A stretch of DNA of 64,000 nt, from positions 8,184,001-8,248,000 of the forward strand of contig CM106586.1 in the NCBI GenBank assembly GCA_048013815.1. The letters run 5' to 3'. The notes below the pieces were generated by a model. That model was given only the letters and a program-made list of their open reading frames with translations. It ran no database searches and had not been told where the DNA came from. Each line of letters opens with the position of its first letter. Positions within the stretch are counted from its first letter, which is position 1. The translations under genes were made by a program, and so were the position numbers. This DNA comes from Setoptus koraiensis (taxonomy: Eukaryota; Animalia; Arthropoda). Positions 60,693 to 64,000 of the stretch are shown piece after piece.

Positions 60693-63600
60693 CTACGTAC
60701 TTTGTTCAACGTAGGTCTCGGTATGATTACTGGGAAACAATCCAGTGGCACCTGTTGAAGAATATATAGTGTTATGAGAATTTATCGCATTCACTTGCAG
60801 AGAAACAAGCAGAATAGGTGAAACACATTCAATTGAATATTACTTACCGGTGGATAACAGTTTCCCTTTCCACCATGTTGGATCCTCATTCTTCGATAAT
60901 ACTAATATAACATCACCCTGCTCAAAGCTCAACTCGTCATCATGCTGAGCTGTGAACCGGAAACAGGCGACAACTTTTTCTATACCTTCGTTTTTAACGG
61001 TTGCATGAAATAATAACAGTGGATTAGTAAAATGAATATAGTGCGACGAACAAACTAATGAGCTACCGGTAAATGAATTGAGAAGATAAAATCAAGATTA
61101 ACTCACCTTTGATGTCAGCTGAATCACTACTAGAGGTAGATTGTTTGCTCTGAGTTGTTTGGTCAGCTTGAGAACTTAGCGGTTTGACGTAGCTCGCCGG
61201 AAACCATCCGAATTGCTTCTTCTTGCCTTTAATCTGAATCTCACCCTCCCACCAACCACTGTCCATCTTTCGTCTAATAAGAACCAGCTGTCCTTTTTCC
61301 AGACTCAACTGCTCAGGACCTAGCGCTCTGTAACTTGCAACCACTGTTGCTACTTCCGGTTTTTTAGTACGTGATTTCTGGATGGAGAATATTCATAAAA
61401 TAGTTAGTCTAGTTGAATTTCTAGTGATTGGTCAAATAATAATGAGAGTGAGTATAAGATTTGGAGAGATTTCAGAATATCAAAGCACCTTTGAGCGTAG
61501 ACTGCCGACAGAACTCATTCGTTGTAGACACTAATTTAGTAGTTTTGTGATCATGGTCAAAGTTGAAGGATAGTAAATGATTACATGTTAGTTAGAGCAC
61601 TTGTTAGTTAAGGAGAGTATTCAAGATAATCATAACGAAACTTACACCACCACCCACTACGGATTGTTGTGAAGTTGGTGACGCGACTTTTACTGGAGCT
61701 GCTTTTTGTGTTGCTATAGACGCTGAGGAAACTTCTTTATCTGTTGACTCAGTGAGTTGTCGAGATGGACTTGTTTTAGGAGGATTTGTCTCTGAACTAG
61801 TCTCAGGTTTGTTGTTAGTGGTGTTAGTTTTGTGTGCTTGTTGTTGCTGCAGGATATGAGATTGAAACAAAATAATTAGCAAGCGGTTTGATTTTAGTCG
61901 GAAGAATTCATGAAAAAATAAAAGCATCTAAAGTAACACAGTGCTCAGTTATTATTAGCCTGAATACAAAAAGCCACTTACTAAAACCTCGCTTGCTTCA
62001 ATGGGCTTAACATAGTTAGAAGGAAACATCCCTAGTCGTGCTGGATTGCCGATAATTTCTCCTGTCCACCAGTCACCCTCCTTCTTCAGTATTTTGATAT
62101 ACTCATCTGAAGTGAACGCCAAGTCTCCAGTCTCAGTTGATTCGAACGGGTATAGAGTTAAACAGAATTCATCGTTTAAGTTGATCTTGTCGAAAACTTC
62201 TTTCATATCGTCCATAGAAGATTGGGCAAGCGATTGTTTGAGATCAGACACTAGACCTGCTTCAACTACAGTGGTAGCAGCTGAAGAAGGAGATGGGTCA
62301 CTGTTGCTTGTAGCATTGGAATCCTGACGTTTGTTTGGATCAGCAAATGTTTGGCCAGCCACCGATCCTTTCCCTTGTTTGATATTGGAAAAAGATAAAT
62401 TGTCTCCTATCTGACTGAAACTATCAAAACCAAAAGTGTCTGCGCCTGCTTGTTGTGTATCTTTTGTCGCAATTGGTTGACCAAAGGGATCTTGATTCGG
62501 TAACTTGTCATCATTTAATTTCTCCACATAGGCTTCAGGAAACCAACCAGTTTGGCCATTGAGTTCACCAGAGAGCCAACCAGGTTCAGTCAGGGTATCT
62601 ACGGCGGCTATGACATCTCCCGGATTGATAGTTAGTTCATCGATGTTTCTAGCCTCAAATGCGTACAAGGCTTTGTAAGTGACACCTGTCTTGTTTACAC
62701 CAGGTTTAGAAGGTTGGGCCTGTTTAGCAACTTGATCGGAATTGCCCCAAGAGTCCTCACTTGATTTGGTGTTCCAGATGGCATCAGGATCTTGAGCCTG
62801 GATTTTACTTTGTTTGACATATTCTTCCCTGAGAACTTTAGCCTTTTCTAGGGTCTCTCGATAGACTTTGTATGCTTCAGTGGCCGCATCAGTCTGTGCT
62901 TGCAGTTTATCGATTGTTTCTCTCAGGATTACTTTATTAGTCTCGAATTCTTTGGCTTTTCTTTCTTTCTCTTTAATCAATTCATTTATTTTATCCTTCA
63001 TTTGTTGTATCGAAGCCTGCTTAGCTTGGATTGCTTGTAAATCTAGTTCATTTTGCGCAGAGTTCGGCACCAAGTTCAGGTCCCTTGCTATTGCCACTAG
63101 GTTGGTTTCTTCTTTCTCCAAAAATGCCATTCTATCAACTAAAGCTTTGATTTGAGCTCTAAGCGAAGTAATCAGACCCATTTTTGTATCTCGATCTGAT
63201 CTCATGTTGTCAATTTTGGATTTTTTATCTGAAACAAGCATTCTGGTTGCGTTAAGACTTCCCCGAATGTTGTCATATTGTTCATTCAATCTTTCCATAT
63301 CTAAGGATAAATTTTGTTTCTGAGTTTTGAGGTGGATCATTGCCTCTTGAGCAGTTTGACTTTGAACAAGAAGTTCTTGCTGGCGTAAAGTCTCGAGCTC
63401 AGCCATCCTTTGCCTCTCTAGTTCACGACGAGCTTGCTCCCGTTTGTCCAATTGTTGACGTTTTTGCTCTTCTTTTTCCGCCTCTAGCAGTCTGTTCTTT
63501 TCTTGTAGCCTACTGAGTTCTTCTAGACGCTTCTTTTCGGCCTCTGATCTAAGCTTCTCTCTTTTTTCAGCTTCTTCTCTATCTTTGCGTTGTCTGGCCT

Positions 63601-64000
63601 CCTGTTCATGGCGTTGTTGTTCCAATAGTTGCAATCTGCGTCTCTCAAGCTCTGCTTGTCCTTTCTCAAAATTTTCACGTCGTTTGTCTTCGAATGTATT
63701 GTTGCCGAGGACGCTTTTAGAGGACGAGGCTGACCCAACTGATTCAGAACCATCTAAGCCTGCTGCCTCATCAATGGCAGCTGACGAAGAAACTGAACCA
63801 GACGAAACAACAGAGGCCACACTAATAGATCTTGTTCGTCTGTAGGATGGCGGTATGAGGTCAGCTGGTAATTCAGTTGGTAGCTTTTTGCCAGATTTAA
63901 CGAAATCCGTGAGATGCATAGCGAGTAAGAACTCCTCTCTCGTCAGCTGACCATCGCTATCAATATCTGATAAGTCCCAAATCTGGGCTAGAATATTTTG
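60693..64000 (-). CDS. ITSN1: Intersectin (Dap160/ITSN), 3' part: end of EH2, coiled coil, four SH3 domains; short isoform; 5' end lies beyond the window
   Basis: Exons >64000-61982, 61846-61646, (optional 61530-61489), 61377-61107, ~60979-60848, 60751-60693. EH motif [34 protein letters not shown]; SH3 cores [31 protein letters not shown]. Confidence 0.93.

Noticed and set aside
1-64000. tRNA, rRNA, snRNA, intact transposase or reverse transcriptase genes
   Set aside because: None recognised by eye; tRNAscan-SE, Infernal and RepeatMasker would be needed to exclude them formally.

Overview
Eukaryotic (not prokaryotic) DNA from an AT-rich, microsatellite-rich, largely intron-poor animal genome. 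The gene content and style (intronless UBE2H, XRN2, MRPS27 and GPS2; Gln/Asn-rich insertions; very short intergenic gaps) suggest a compact arthropod genome, possibly a mite (inference only). About 14 protein-coding genes are supported: an unknown S/Q/N-rich gene, lethal(2) giant larvae (3 exons, 13.5 kb first intron), an ELOVL4-like elongase, MRPS27, a Q-rich orphan, UBE2H, a Not/Noto-class homeobox gene, GPS2 with a very long polyQ, a small 3-exon gene with an SH3-like C-terminus, a shortened XRN2, COX10, mitoguardin, COX6C, BDP1, and the 3' part of intersectin with short and DH-PH-C2 long isoforms. Gene density is very high from 46 to 64 kb and low around lgl and Not. No CRISPR array, rRNA, tRNA or intact transposon was recognised, and I cannot support a clearly new multi-gene system. 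The most interesting unexplained features are two decayed local copies of gene fragments (an inverted copy of the lgl intron/exon 2 junction and a direct copy of the Not homeobox), a GC-rich hairpin- and palindrome-rich block upstream of Not, a 17-bp minisatellite whose CGAAC core recurs at a second promoter-like region, and several splice-level switches (intersectin S/L, ELOVL C-terminus, candidate lgl poison exon). All alignments and translations were done by eye, with no database searches.
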